NCBI GenBank assembly: GCA_029570205.1 | Contig: JAKQSI010000093.1 | Span: forward strand, 65,135 to 129,134 | Length of the DNA: 64,000 bases | Reading direction: 5' to 3' | Origin: Candidatus Omnitrophota bacterium | Lineage (GTDB): Bacteria; Hinthialibacterota; Hinthialibacteria; Hinthialibacterales; JAKPRU01 | In this document: positions 7,861 to 17,311 of the stretch, one piece after another | Layout of the letters: the number at the start of each line of letters is the position of its first letter | Position numbering within the stretch: position 1 is the first letter of the stretch | Program-made: the position numbers and the translations under genes | The notes under the pieces: generated by a model | The model's input: the letters and a program-made list of their open reading frames with translations, nothing else | Told to the model about the DNA's origin: nothing | The model's database searches: none

Positions 7861-9615
7861 ATGGCAAGATCTGCAACAGGGACAAGAAGGCCGACGGGAC
7901 CGAGAACCACGACCGCTCGCCGCCCGGCAGGAGCGAAAGCGGCTCCTCGAAGGGGTACTCGGCGTGCCGCGCCCCAGAAGAAAAAACTCGGTCGGAGAAA
8001 ACGATTCGCCACGGCAATCGATATCGGCCATTACTCTGTGAAAATCGCCACGGTGGCCATGGATGAAGCCGGGACAGCCGTGGTGCAGCGGGCAACCGTC
8101 CAGCCCCTTGACCTTGCCGCGGCAGCCGGTGAGAAAGAGGCCCTGTACCAGGCGCAGGTCAAGGCGCTGAAAGCCGCCATTCATAGTCACGGACGTCTTA
8201 TAGGGCGTATTGTCTTGGCCTTGCCGAGGGATTCCACCACCATCCGGTACATCACTCTGCCTTCCAGTCATCGCGACGAGCTCAAGGAAATGCTCTTTCT
8301 GGACGCGGAGCGCCATATCCCCTTTCCTGTGGACAATGTCGAAATCGACTTTGAGGTCCTGGAAAAACTTGGCGAACATGAAAGCCAAATCATGATGATA
8401 AGCGCTCCCCGCTCGGAGATTGAGCCGCTCCTGGATATTTGCCACGAAGCCGGGGTGAATCCCGAAGCAGTCGATGTGGATATCCTGGGAGCCTGTTACG
8501 CCTATATGACAAATGGGAAAACGGACGAAACAAAGGCCATTATTGACTTCGGGCGAGAAAGCACCCGCCTGGGCATTGTTTCAAACAATCGCGTTCTCTT
8601 TTCCCGCAGCCTGTCTGTCTCCGAATCCAGACTTCTGGAAGGATTTCCGGGAGCGAAAACCTGGAGCGATCTTCGAACGCGGCTCACGGCCATTGGAACG
8701 CTTCCGCCCAAGGACCGCGCAAAAGTGGAGCAATGGATCGGGGACCTCTATGTGGATCTCATGCGGTCGGTCAGCGCGTTTGTGTGCGAACATCCCGGTA
8801 ATCGTGTGGACCGGATCATCCTGTGCGGCGGGGGACCCTACCTCCCCTCCGGCCCCTCCGATAGTCTGGCGCTGCGTCTTCAAACGAAAGCGGTTGCGGA
8901 AGTGCCGCTGGATGGGGAGATACCCTCCGATTCATCCTACCAGGGACCGGAATTGGCGGTCGCGATCGGGTTGGCTCTTCGCGCTCTTCGAAAGAACGGG
9001 GAGGCGGTCAATCTTCTCCCTCGCGACATCATCGCCGAGCAGGAGCGCAAGGAGCAGCGGGCGTTCTTCCGAAGCGCATTGCTTCTGGGATTATTGGCCG
9101 TTCTTTTCTGTGGTGTTGGTCTATATCTGAAATGGGAAGAGAAATACGCCCAACTGAAGGAACTTCGAGAACAGGTCAAGGCCATCGAGCCGGAGACAAA
9201 GGATCTGCGCTTCATGCAAGCGAAAGTGGATATTGTTGACAGCTATCTGGACCGGGATCATTCTTGCCTGAAGGTGCTTACAACAGTCTTGCAGGCGCTC
9301 CCGGACGAGCCGCCACACAACGTTTCTCTCAATCGAATCATCTTTAAGAAGCGAGATACGCTGGCCCTGGAGGGGCTGGTCCGTACGTCGGATGACGTAA
9401 CTCGCGTGGGAGATATCCTGCTCCAATTGGCCGCCGAACCCAACAAGATATTCCGGAGTGTTTCTCCGGGGAAACACTCCGAGCGGGATACGGGGATCGA
9501 TGGCTTGAAAGCGAGGGATTTTACGTTTGAGTGCGAGCTCGAATACAAAGAATACGAGACGGAGCGTGAAAAGGCTCGTCCTGCGATATCGGCACGCTCT
9601 CAGTCGGGACGATAG
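7861..9615 (+). CDS. gspL: GspL-like assembly protein: a cytoplasmic PilM/actin-like domain, one TM segment, then a periplasmic PilN-like coiled-coil domain, with an Arg/Lys-rich 45-aa N-terminal extension
   Basis: FATAIDIGHYSVKIATVAMDE matches the PilM/GspL N-terminal actin-fold motif. TM segment FFRSALLLGLLAVLFCGVGLYL at about residue 400, followed by a coiled coil. No alternative in-frame start lies downstream of 7861 before the PilM motif. Confidence 0.75.
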   Translation: MARSATGTRRPTGPRTTTARRPAGAKAAPRRGTRRAAPQKKKLGRRKRFATAIDIGHYSVKIATVAMDEAGTAVVQRATVQPLDLAAAAGEKEALYQAQVKALKAAIHSHGRLIGRIVLALPRDSTTIRYITLPSSHRDELKEMLFLDAERHIPFPVDNVEIDFEVLEKLGEHESQIMMISAPRSEIEPLLDICHEAGVNPEAVDVDILGACYAYMTNGKTDETKAIIDFGRESTRLGIVSNNRVLFSRSLSVSESRLLEGFPGAKTWSDLRTRLTAIGTLPPKDRAKVEQWIGDLYVDLMRSVSAFVCEHPGNRVDRIILCGGGPYLPSGPSDSLALRLQTKAVAEVPLDGEIPSDSSYQGPELAVAIGLALRALRKNGEAVNLLPRDIIAEQERKEQRAFFRSALLLGLLAVLFCGVGLYLKWEEKYAQLKELREQVKAIEPETKDLRFMQAKVDIVDSYLDRDHSCLKVLTTVLQALPDEPPHNVSLNRIIFKKRDTLALEGLVRTSDDVTRVGDILLQLAAEPNKIFRSVSPGKHSERDTGIDGLKARDFTFECELEYKEYETEREKARPAISARSQSGR

Positions 9616-9626
9616 GAGACCGGCCC

Positions 9627-10235
9627 ATGGTTCGCAGCCCAAGAGAACGATTACTGCTCACGACAGTGTGGATTTGCATCCTCGGCGCAGGTGGGTGGTT
9701 TGTCGGACAGCAGTTGTACCAACTCTGGGTCGGCATCGATGAAGAAATCCAACAACAGCGCACAAAACTGACCCGTTTACAGAAAGACCGGCTGAAAAAA
9801 GCGAGCATCGAGGGGGATTACAAAAAGACGCAGTCGCAGTTGACCATCGATAAAAGCGAAGCGGGACAAGTGGCGGATTTCCGAACCGAACTCCAGAACC
9901 TCCTGCAAGGCGCAGGGCTGAGCGTTCGGGAATTCGGTCAGCAGGAAAGACCTCGCCTTGAGGACGATTTCAAGGTACTGCTCGTCGAGGTAAATGACGT
10001 GCAGGGAACACCGGAGCAGCTTGGAACGTTCTTATACAACCTCGAAAACGAATCGAATGTAATGGACGTGGAACAGCTGACGATCAATGCCGATACGGGA
10101 GGCCGGGGACGGTTCGGACGCGGGGGAGGTCTGCTCTCCATGAATATACGTGTCGCCCGGCTTGTGGAGTATTCCACGTCGGAACTGCAAGATCTCCAGG
10201 CAATCAAATCGCGAAGCAGGAGGTCCAAAGAATAA
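9627..10235 (+). CDS. gspM: GspM/PilO-like inner-membrane assembly protein
   Basis: Short cytoplasmic N-terminus, TM LLLTTVWICILGAGGWFVG, then a coiled coil and a periplasmic alpha/beta domain, about 200 aa. Its position follows the L-like gene. Confidence 0.6.
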   Translation: MVRSPRERLLLTTVWICILGAGGWFVGQQLYQLWVGIDEEIQQQRTKLTRLQKDRLKKASIEGDYKKTQSQLTIDKSEAGQVADFRTELQNLLQGAGLSVREFGQQERPRLEDDFKVLLVEVNDVQGTPEQLGTFLYNLENESNVMDVEQLTINADTGGRGRFGRGGGLLSMNIRVARLVEYSTSELQDLQAIKSRSRRSKE

Positions 10236-10819
10236 TGCCCAGCAAGAAAGGAATGACCCTCTGGTATTTGATCCTGGCGCCTGTCGTGATCCTGTCCGCA
10301 CTGTATATGGGGCTGGAAATCCGCGAACGGATTCGCCCCGATACCGCTCGTCCCTCTCGTCTTCTTACCGAGTCGGTTGAGCCGAGTCCCGCCGTTTCAG
10401 AATCAACTGTCGATGTTCCGGGAGTGGACAAAGAGAAAGACCGCCTTGCGGTTATCTCTGTTTTCCGCGATACGAAGGTGTTCGATCCGATCTCCACGCC
10501 GGTTCCGACCCCGACTCGACCGCCCGAACCGACCCCCGTGCCTTCTCCTCTGCCCTTGGCAGAAAACTACAAAATCATGAATATCCTGGGAACCTCGGCG
10601 ATTTTGATGAGTTACACCCTGGAACAGAAGATTGTCCGTGTGGGCATGGTAGTGGAAGATCCTCTCGGAGCCTTCCAGGTCATGGAAATCGATCCGGTGC
10701 AGAAACGGGTCCGAGTGAAACTGATTTCGGATGGCCATGAGAAATGGCTTACGGAATTCGCACAGCCTGCCTCAAGCAACCCGCCGGCCGGCGCTCCGCC
10801 CGGGCCGAGGAGGAGATAG
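10235..10819 (+). CDS. PilP/GspC-like secretin-interacting protein (N-terminal TM anchor, Pro-rich linker, C-terminal beta domain)
   Basis: TM MTLWYLILAPVVILSALYMGL, Pro-rich linker PVPTPTRPPEPTPVPSPLPL, C-terminal approximately 80 aa beta-rich domain. It sits directly upstream of the secretin, as in pilP/gspC. The start overlaps the gspM-like stop. Confidence 0.5.
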   Translation: MPSKKGMTLWYLILAPVVILSALYMGLEIRERIRPDTARPSRLLTESVEPSPAVSESTVDVPGVDKEKDRLAVISVFRDTKVFDPISTPVPTPTRPPEPTPVPSPLPLAENYKIMNILGTSAILMSYTLEQKIVRVGMVVEDPLGAFQVMEIDPVQKRVRVKLISDGHEKWLTEFAQPASSNPPAGAPPGPRRR

Positions 10820-10908
10820 CCAACGGTATGTCAATCCTGAATCGAGAAATGATGCAAAGCGAGGACGGTACAAGGAAAATGGTACATCTCCGACTGATGA
10901 GGGAATCC

Positions 10909-12972
10909 ATGGCGGGCCGGATCATCTATAGTTTCTGGATCATGGCATTTTTGTTTCTGCCGATTATGCTTTCGGACGGGCAGGCGCCTCCGGGATCCCC
11001 TCCAAGCGAAGGCGCTGCTGCCGGCGGCGCAGACGCAGGCGCTGCGGGCGGGGATACCGGTGGCGGCAAAACCGGCGGTGGCGGTTTAGATACAAGGCTT
11101 TCCGGCCCCATCGTCGCATCCCAAACCGATTTGAGTCAGATGCTGACACTGATCGGTGCAGAGGCCGGAATTCACTTTACGATTGACCAGGGAATCAATC
11201 CGAAAGTGACTTTCTCCCTCGAAAACCCATCCGTCCGGGAAATCCTGGACACCGTCCTGCCCGGCCAGGGATTGGACTATCTCGTTACAGAAGGGGGGAA
11301 CATTCGCATTGGAAATGAGCCGGTCATTAAAGCTCTCAAGCAGGGGGAAGTGCAGCTGGTTACGCAAACCTTCCGACCCAACTATGTCAATATCGATGCT
11401 CTCAAAGAGACATTGAGCGGCATCCGAACGGAGGCAGGCCAGCTGATTTTCGAAACCGACTCCAATCGCATCATTGTCAAAGATACTCCTGAAGCTGTCG
11501 CGGAAATGGAAAAAATTATCGCCGAGCTGGACATTCAGACCGAAACGCGCGTGTTCGAGATCGAACACGCCGATGTCCAGGCCGTTGCCGACCAACTTCA
11601 GGGCGTTATCAACACCCAGGAAGGAGAACTGATTGTTGATGAACGCAACAGCCTCCTGATTATTACCGATACCGTTGATCGTCTCGACCAGGCGGAGGCC
11701 ATTATCGAGCAGCTGGATAAGGACCTGGAAATCCGCGTATTCCCGTTGAAGTTTACCGACGAGTACAATATCGACTTCATCATCGGTCTTTTGGAACCCA
11801 TGCTCTCGGCTTCGGGATTTATAGAATACGATCTGCGAACCATGCGGTTGATTATCCAGGACACCCCCAGCCGACTGGATAAGATAGCCAAGCTGCTGGA
11901 AGAGTTAGACATTGCAACCCTGCAAGTGTATCTGGAAGTGGATATCGTCCAGGTAAACAAGGTCGATGAGCTGAATCTCGGTACGGAAATGGCGATCGGG
12001 AAGGAGTCGGCCGGTGTGGAAATCGGTACGACCACGGCGCAATTCTCGCTGGACCCCTTTGCGAGTATCGGTTCTTCCGGGATCACATTTACCGATATCA
12101 GCGACGGGCGCTACAAGCTGGCCATTGAGGCGATGGTTCGGGAAGACAAGGCGCAGGTGATTGCCAGCCCCCGTCTTCTGGCAGCGGACGATGCGCCCGC
12201 CTATTTCAACCTCGGATCGGAAGAACCGTACTCGGTGCGCCAACGGGGGTATTCCGGCGGGTACGGGTACGGCGGGTATGGGGGCGGGTATGGCGGCGAT
12301 TACTACACCCAACGCTCACGGCCCGTCGGAACAATCCTCGATATTATCCCCCATGTCAGCGAGGCGGGATACATCGATATGGAAATCAGCGTCGAGGACA
12401 GCAGCGCGGATCGGGTGGACATGGGAAACGATCAACAGGGACTGCGTGTGCATCAGACATTGATCGAAACCCGTGTCACCGTAAAAGACCGCCGAACTGT
12501 AGTCCTCGGTGGTGTGATCAACCGCAAAACCAACGATGGGAAAAGCGGTGTTCCCTTCCTGCGAAAAATCCCGGTTATAGGAGCCGCGTTCGGGAATACG
12601 AGCAGCTCGGACCAGAAGACGAAGCTGCTGATCTTTATTACCCCCACGATCGTCAATATTGACGATCCTTATGATTTCGCTTTCGTTGAGAATACCGAGC
12701 GGATTCGCCAGCTGCGGGAGGGTGGCGCCATGGACTTCATGGAAGCCAACGTGGATAAATCTCTGTTGGATTGGAGCGATGAAATCCCCCATGAAAAAGA
12801 GGATGTTATCTTCGACAAGCGCCCCACTCCCAAGAAAATCTCTCTGGAGAAGGGCGAAACTGAGGCGGACTGGGAGAACGACGAGGCCGAGTCTGTCCTT
12901 CCATCAGAGCTGAAGGATCGAGAGTACAAAGTGATCGAGGACAACGAGGCCCCCGCAGCGGGAGAACGATAA
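10909..12972 (+). CDS. gspD: secretin, GspD/PilQ family
   Basis: Signal peptide MAGRIIYSFWIMAFLFLPIMLS. N-domains are present. C-terminal secretin-domain signature VVLGGVINRKTNDGKSGVPFLRKIPVIGAAFGNTSSSDQKTKLLIFITPTIV. Alternative starts at 10744 and 10828 exist. There are unusual Gly-rich and Gly/Tyr-rich low-complexity inserts. Confidence 0.9.
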   Translation: MAGRIIYSFWIMAFLFLPIMLSDGQAPPGSPPSEGAAAGGADAGAAGGDTGGGKTGGGGLDTRLSGPIVASQTDLSQMLTLIGAEAGIHFTIDQGINPKVTFSLENPSVREILDTVLPGQGLDYLVTEGGNIRIGNEPVIKALKQGEVQLVTQTFRPNYVNIDALKETLSGIRTEAGQLIFETDSNRIIVKDTPEAVAEMEKIIAELDIQTETRVFEIEHADVQAVADQLQGVINTQEGELIVDERNSLLIITDTVDRLDQAEAIIEQLDKDLEIRVFPLKFTDEYNIDFIIGLLEPMLSASGFIEYDLRTMRLIIQDTPSRLDKIAKLLEELDIATLQVYLEVDIVQVNKVDELNLGTEMAIGKESAGVEIGTTTAQFSLDPFASIGSSGITFTDISDGRYKLAIEAMVREDKAQVIASPRLLAADDAPAYFNLGSEEPYSVRQRGYSGGYGYGGYGGGYGGDYYTQRSRPVGTILDIIPHVSEAGYIDMEISVEDSSADRVDMGNDQQGLRVHQTLIETRVTVKDRRTVVLGGVINRKTNDGKSGVPFLRKIPVIGAAFGNTSSSDQKTKLLIFITPTIVNIDDPYDFAFVENTERIRQLREGGAMDFMEANVDKSLLDWSDEIPHEKEDVIFDKRPTPKKISLEKGETEADWENDEAESVLPSELKDREYKVIEDNEAPAAGER

Positions 12973-12975
12973 ATC

Positions 12976-12991
12976 GCGGATTGCAATCCGC
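12976..12991. terminator. perfect palindrome GCGGATTGCAATCCGC between the convergent secretin and HD-GYP genes (candidate bidirectional terminator hairpin)
   Basis: 8-bp inverted repeat read directly. It lies 4 nt after the secretin stop and 9 nt before the HD-GYP stop. No flanking U-tract, so it may be rho-dependent or an RNA-stability element. Confidence 0.4.
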
Positions 12992-12999
12992 CATCCACT

Positions 13000-14037
13000 T
13001 TAACTACCGGGTCCGAAAAGGCCGACGAAACTGTTGAAAAAGTTCCGGTCGAAATTGCCCAGCATCTCATTTTGCATAATCTGGAGAGCCTCAAAAGAGG
13101 AGTTCGGTCTGCGGTAGGAACGTTTTGTTGTGAGCGCATCGAACGTATCGGCGATGCAGCAGATTTTCGCGTAGATGTGGATTTCCTCGCCTTTCAGCCG
13201 CTTGGGATACCCTGAACCGTCATATCGCTCATGATGCTGGTAGGCAATGATGGCGGCTTCCTCGGTGAGATTGCCGGTCTTGTCAAGGATTTGATGACCC
13301 AGGTAGGGATGGCGGCGCATGATTTTCCATTCTTCCTGCGAGAGCGGCCCGTCCTTGTTGATGATTTCCGCCGGGATTTCGCGTTTACCGATATCGTGCA
13401 GAAGAAATCCGCTGCCGAGCCGTTCGAGTTTTTTTCTCCCTTCTCCCTGAAATATCTTCTCTGCAAGAGCAACACTGAAAATACAGACATTTACGGAATG
13501 GGTGTATGTGTAATAGTCATGGGAGGTCAGGGCGATCAGGTTGCGCGTGGCCGCCTCTCCCTGAAGGATCAGAGAAACGGTCGGAGCGATCACCGCGTGC
13601 GAACGCCGAATAGCCTCCGAGGCACGGGGTTCATTGAACACGGATTCCATAATGCGTGACGAGGTGTTGTAGACAATCAGGCTCCTGCGTTCTACCGGCA
13701 GAGACTCATTTTGGGCGATGGCCGCCAGGTGCTGTTCCAGGTAGAGTTCGTATTTCTCCATCTGGTCATTGGGCACGTAAAGAACACGGTGGTGATTTCG
13801 GCGAAGGGTTGCCGCGACATCGGGGGTAAACTGCAAATCCCTGGAGCGATACAGCACCAATTTTTCGGTTTTCTCATGTCGGATATAAAGATCGAAACCG
13901 GGTGCGGTATCTTCCAGAATGTCTTTCAAATCCAGCGGGAAAAATCCTTCCGGCATTGAACTTCTCATATCCTTTGTCACCGACCAGGAATCAAAGATAC
14001 GGGGAGACCTCGCCTTATGATAATGCGAAAGAACCAC
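13000..14037 (-). CDS. HD-GYP domain c-di-GMP phosphodiesterase (N-terminal approximately 170 aa of unknown function)
   Basis: Motifs HDIGK ... HHERYDGSGYP (HD and GYP signatures) read directly in the translation. Confidence 0.85.
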   Translation of the reverse strand: MVLSHYHKARSPRIFDSWSVTKDMRSSMPEGFFPLDLKDILEDTAPGFDLYIRHEKTEKLVLYRSRDLQFTPDVAATLRRNHHRVLYVPNDQMEKYELYLEQHLAAIAQNESLPVERRSLIVYNTSSRIMESVFNEPRASEAIRRSHAVIAPTVSLILQGEAATRNLIALTSHDYYTYTHSVNVCIFSVALAEKIFQGEGRKKLERLGSGFLLHDIGKREIPAEIINKDGPLSQEEWKIMRRHPYLGHQILDKTGNLTEEAAIIAYQHHERYDGSGYPKRLKGEEIHIYAKICCIADTFDALTTKRSYRRPNSSFEALQIMQNEMLGNFDRNFFNSFVGLFGPGS

Positions 14038-14396
14038 CTTCCATATCCTGACATGGCAGGTGCAATTCGTCGGACAAGCTGAAACATAGCGACTTACCGC
14101 CCCTCTCCCGGGCCGGTCAGGTTCTCAACCAAAAGGCAGAAAACGGGCTGGACTATTCCGGTAAGACCGTCTTAAGGCACACCATGTGCGCAAAAAAACT
14201 CTTCCCTGGGATCGCAAGAGTTACAGAGGCAATCGCGTTAAATTGAGCGTTCTATTGAGAGGCCGGTTCATAATCTTATCGAAAGGCCGGTCCGGCGACA
14301 ATCGCAGGAACCGACCTTTCGACAAACGATCTTTTTCGACCTTCGTATCTTCACCGTTTATGAATCAAACAGGAAGGGCCGAAATTGACGAACCGA

Positions 14397-15239
14397 TCAG
14401 CCCTCCGTGAGTTGCTTCAAAAACGTCAGTGTATCGCTTGCGAGGTCTTCCGGACTCGGCGACAGTTCCCGCCAGATTGCAGACGCTGCCGCGATCTCCT
14501 TGATCGCGGGCAGGAATGATTCCAGCACCAGCCAACGGTCGTACCCGATTTCCCGCAGTGCCGTGATCATCCCCTGCCAGTCGATATGACCATACCCGAC
14601 CGGGCCTCGGTCATTTTCACTGCAATGAAAATGATAGAGACGATCCCCGCAGGCTTTCAGGGCTTCGATGGGCTTACGCTCCTCGATATTGGCATGAAAC
14701 GTGTCGTAATGAACGCCGAGCGCCGGTGAACCCACATCCGCAACCAGACGGCACGCATCGGACATGGTATTCAGGAAATACGTTTCAAACCGGTTGAGCG
14801 CTTCGACCCCCAAGAGAACTCCGGCGGATTCCGCGTGGGACGCGACCTCGGAGAGGCAGTCCACGCACCATCGCCATTCCTCCTGGGTCCGACCCCGACC
14901 CACCAGGTGTCCCACCGGCGAATGCAACGGACCGGAGATAATCTCCGCTCCTATTTCGTATGCCAGGTCGATATCGGCCTTGAGAAAATCTATGCCGCGT
15001 TGACGGGCTTTCGGATCGGGATCCACCAGGCCGGCTCCGGGAGCAATCACGGAACAGATCGTGCATCCCAGGCCGGTATCTGCCAGCGCCTTTCGCACCA
15101 ATGCCGCCGTAATTCCCTGCGTAGAAAAGATCGGTAACTCGACACCATTATACCCCAGGGATCGAACCTTCTCGAACAAGCGAATGTCTTGATCGCTGAA
15201 TCCGCCTGTCCAGAGTAAAAGATTGACTCCGAATTTCAT
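14397..15239 (-). CDS. sugar phosphate isomerase/epimerase, xylose-isomerase-like TIM barrel family
   Basis: About 280 aa. MKFGVNLLLWTG start and His/Glu/Asp metal-ligand pattern (HYDTFHANIEE) typical of AP-endonuclease-2/XylA-like TIM barrels. Confidence 0.7.
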   Translation of the reverse strand: MKFGVNLLLWTGGFSDQDIRLFEKVRSLGYNGVELPIFSTQGITAALVRKALADTGLGCTICSVIAPGAGLVDPDPKARQRGIDFLKADIDLAYEIGAEIISGPLHSPVGHLVGRGRTQEEWRWCVDCLSEVASHAESAGVLLGVEALNRFETYFLNTMSDACRLVADVGSPALGVHYDTFHANIEERKPIEALKACGDRLYHFHCSENDRGPVGYGHIDWQGMITALREIGYDRWLVLESFLPAIKEIAAASAIWRELSPSPEDLASDTLTFLKQLTEG

Positions 15240-15260
15240 GATTCTCCTCTGTATGTCGCA

Positions 15261-16343
15261 TTAGGGTGTAATGACGATTTTCATCGCTTTGTCGCTGCGA
15301 TCTCGTACCATGGTGATAGCCTTAACCAGGTCCGGCAGGCCCATGACATGAGAAGCCAGAGGCTTGGTATCGATCAACCCTGTGCCCAGCGCCTGGATCG
15401 CAGTCGGCCAGACCAACGGGGCCAGCCAGGAGAATCGAATCGTCTTGTCCCAAAGAATCGAAGCCAACGCCGGTACACGGATCAGGGCCTGATCCGACGG
15501 CAGCCCGAAATAGACAACGCGGGCACGTCTGCCGGTGATCTGCAGGGCCATTTCCATGGCCTCCACCGCGCCGGTCGGCGTAATGACCGCATCGGCGAAC
15601 ATGCCGCCGGACATTTCGGCGATCTTGGCTTTCAGGTCGGCGACATAATATGGAGAAGCGGGATCGTTCACATTGAATACAGCATCCGCCCCCAGTTTCC
15701 TGGCCACATCGAGCCGATAATCATCGCCTTTCGAGCCGGTGACAACTACGGTCCCGGCGCCCCGACGCCGCACCAGCTGAAGCATCATCAGGCCGATCAC
15801 GCCCGGTCCCATCACTACACAGAAATCACCGGTATTGACCTCCATTTTCTGTGTACCATAGGTGGCGCAGGCCAGTGGCTCGGTCAACGCAGCCTGCTCG
15901 TAAGTGACACCATCGGGAATCTTATGGACTCCGGTGTAATTGGAAACACAATACTCTGCAAATGCCCCGTTGGCGGACACCCCCAAAACGGTCTTCTTCT
16001 CGCACAAATTGACTTGTCCGCGTTTGCAGACAATGCAGGCATTGCAGTATTGAACCGGATCAAGTACCACACGGTCCCCCGGCGCAAACAGACCCAACCG
16101 CTTGGGGATGTCTCCCACCTCGACTACCTCGCCTGAAAACTCATGGCCGAGAATCAACGGCCCTTTCCCAGTCGGGGTTTCCAGGGAGCTTTGGCCGAAA
16201 TAGTAGGCCACATCGGAACCGCAAATCCCGCAGGCTTTCACACGCACCAGGATTTCATTCACCTGAACTTTCGGAATGGGGACTTCCTCCAGGGTCATCT
16301 TGTTGGGTTCGTAGAAGACTTGCGCTTTCATTTTTTCAGTCAT
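15261..16343 (-). CDS. zinc-dependent alcohol/polyol dehydrogenase (MDR family, sorbitol/threonine dehydrogenase-like)
   Basis: GICGSDVAYY and GHEFSGEVVEVG zinc-ADH signatures. Rossmann motif GPGVIGLMMLQ. Confidence 0.85.
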   Translation of the reverse strand: MTEKMKAQVFYEPNKMTLEEVPIPKVQVNEILVRVKACGICGSDVAYYFGQSSLETPTGKGPLILGHEFSGEVVEVGDIPKRLGLFAPGDRVVLDPVQYCNACIVCKRGQVNLCEKKTVLGVSANGAFAEYCVSNYTGVHKIPDGVTYEQAALTEPLACATYGTQKMEVNTGDFCVVMGPGVIGLMMLQLVRRRGAGTVVVTGSKGDDYRLDVARKLGADAVFNVNDPASPYYVADLKAKIAEMSGGMFADAVITPTGAVEAMEMALQITGRRARVVYFGLPSDQALIRVPALASILWDKTIRFSWLAPLVWPTAIQALGTGLIDTKPLASHVMGLPDLVKAITMVRDRSDKAMKIVITP

Positions 16344-16361
16344 GGTTGTTCCTCCTGATTC

Positions 16362-17270
16362 TTAATATCGCGCCAGATACGGCGCCAGGAATTTCTGGGC
16401 CGCCTCGGTGACATCCCACGCCTCCGGCCAGAAGCAGAGGTCGATGGTCCACCACTTGCCCGTGTATCGGGCATCCTCCATAATTGCCGGGATCACCTTG
16501 TCGAAATCGATTTTTCCCTCGCCGAACGGTCTGTGCGTACTGGTTTCGTTCCCGTGCAACGTCCCGTCCGAATCGATCAGGTGAACATGCCCGATCTTGC
16601 CTTTCAGCATCCGGGCAAATTCGACCACGCCGCCGGGGAGAGTCTCCTTGTCGCCGAACTGCCGAGCACCCACCACCGAGCACATATAGGCATGGCAAGT
16701 GTCGAACATGACCTTGAAATTGGGATGGTTCACCTCCTCGACCATTCGGACCACTTCGCTGGGCTTATTGAATAGGAAACCGGGTTCGAATTCCCAAACC
16801 ATCTTGACACCGTGTGATTCCGCAATTCCGGCGCATTGCCGCCAGAGATCCGCGATCCGTTTCAAGGCCACATTTCGATCGACTCCGGGGATTCCATCCG
16901 GGCCGCTCACCGTGTCGACTCGGATGGCGGGCGCTCCCAGATCAAGGCACAGTTGGAGGTTTTTCTTGAAGAGGTTGAGGTAAGCGTTGTTCTGCAGAGC
17001 CGCATCCGTTCCGGGACCGGGCGTGCCCCAGAAATCCGCCGCGAGGCCGGATACTTCCAGCCCGTTGACCTTCACCAGATTTTTCACCTTCTCTCGATCA
17101 CATTTCATCGGATAGTCGTCCGGGTGGATATGCGGACGAAATCCGCCGATTTCAACACCGTCGAATTCCAGTTCACCGAGTCGTCGGACAACCTGTTCGA
17201 ATGGGATAGGGTTCTTTTCATACGGGCCGAATGTGTAGGCCCACGTTCCGATGGAGAGTTTTCTGGTCAT
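16362..17270 (-). CDS. sugar phosphate isomerase/epimerase, xylose-isomerase-like TIM barrel family
   Basis: Start moved to MTRKLSIGTWAY (GAGGGG RBS 9 nt upstream). The family-typical start and the HxD ... E metal-ligand pattern are present. Confidence 0.7.
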   Translation of the reverse strand: MTRKLSIGTWAYTFGPYEKNPIPFEQVVRRLGELEFDGVEIGGFRPHIHPDDYPMKCDREKVKNLVKVNGLEVSGLAADFWGTPGPGTDAALQNNAYLNLFKKNLQLCLDLGAPAIRVDTVSGPDGIPGVDRNVALKRIADLWRQCAGIAESHGVKMVWEFEPGFLFNKPSEVVRMVEEVNHPNFKVMFDTCHAYMCSVVGARQFGDKETLPGGVVEFARMLKGKIGHVHLIDSDGTLHGNETSTHRPFGEGKIDFDKVIPAIMEDARYTGKWWTIDLCFWPEAWDVTEAAQKFLAPYLARY

Positions 17271-17311
17271 GAGCGATACCCCTCTGTTTTCGGCTGTGCA
17301 AGCCGTATTTT

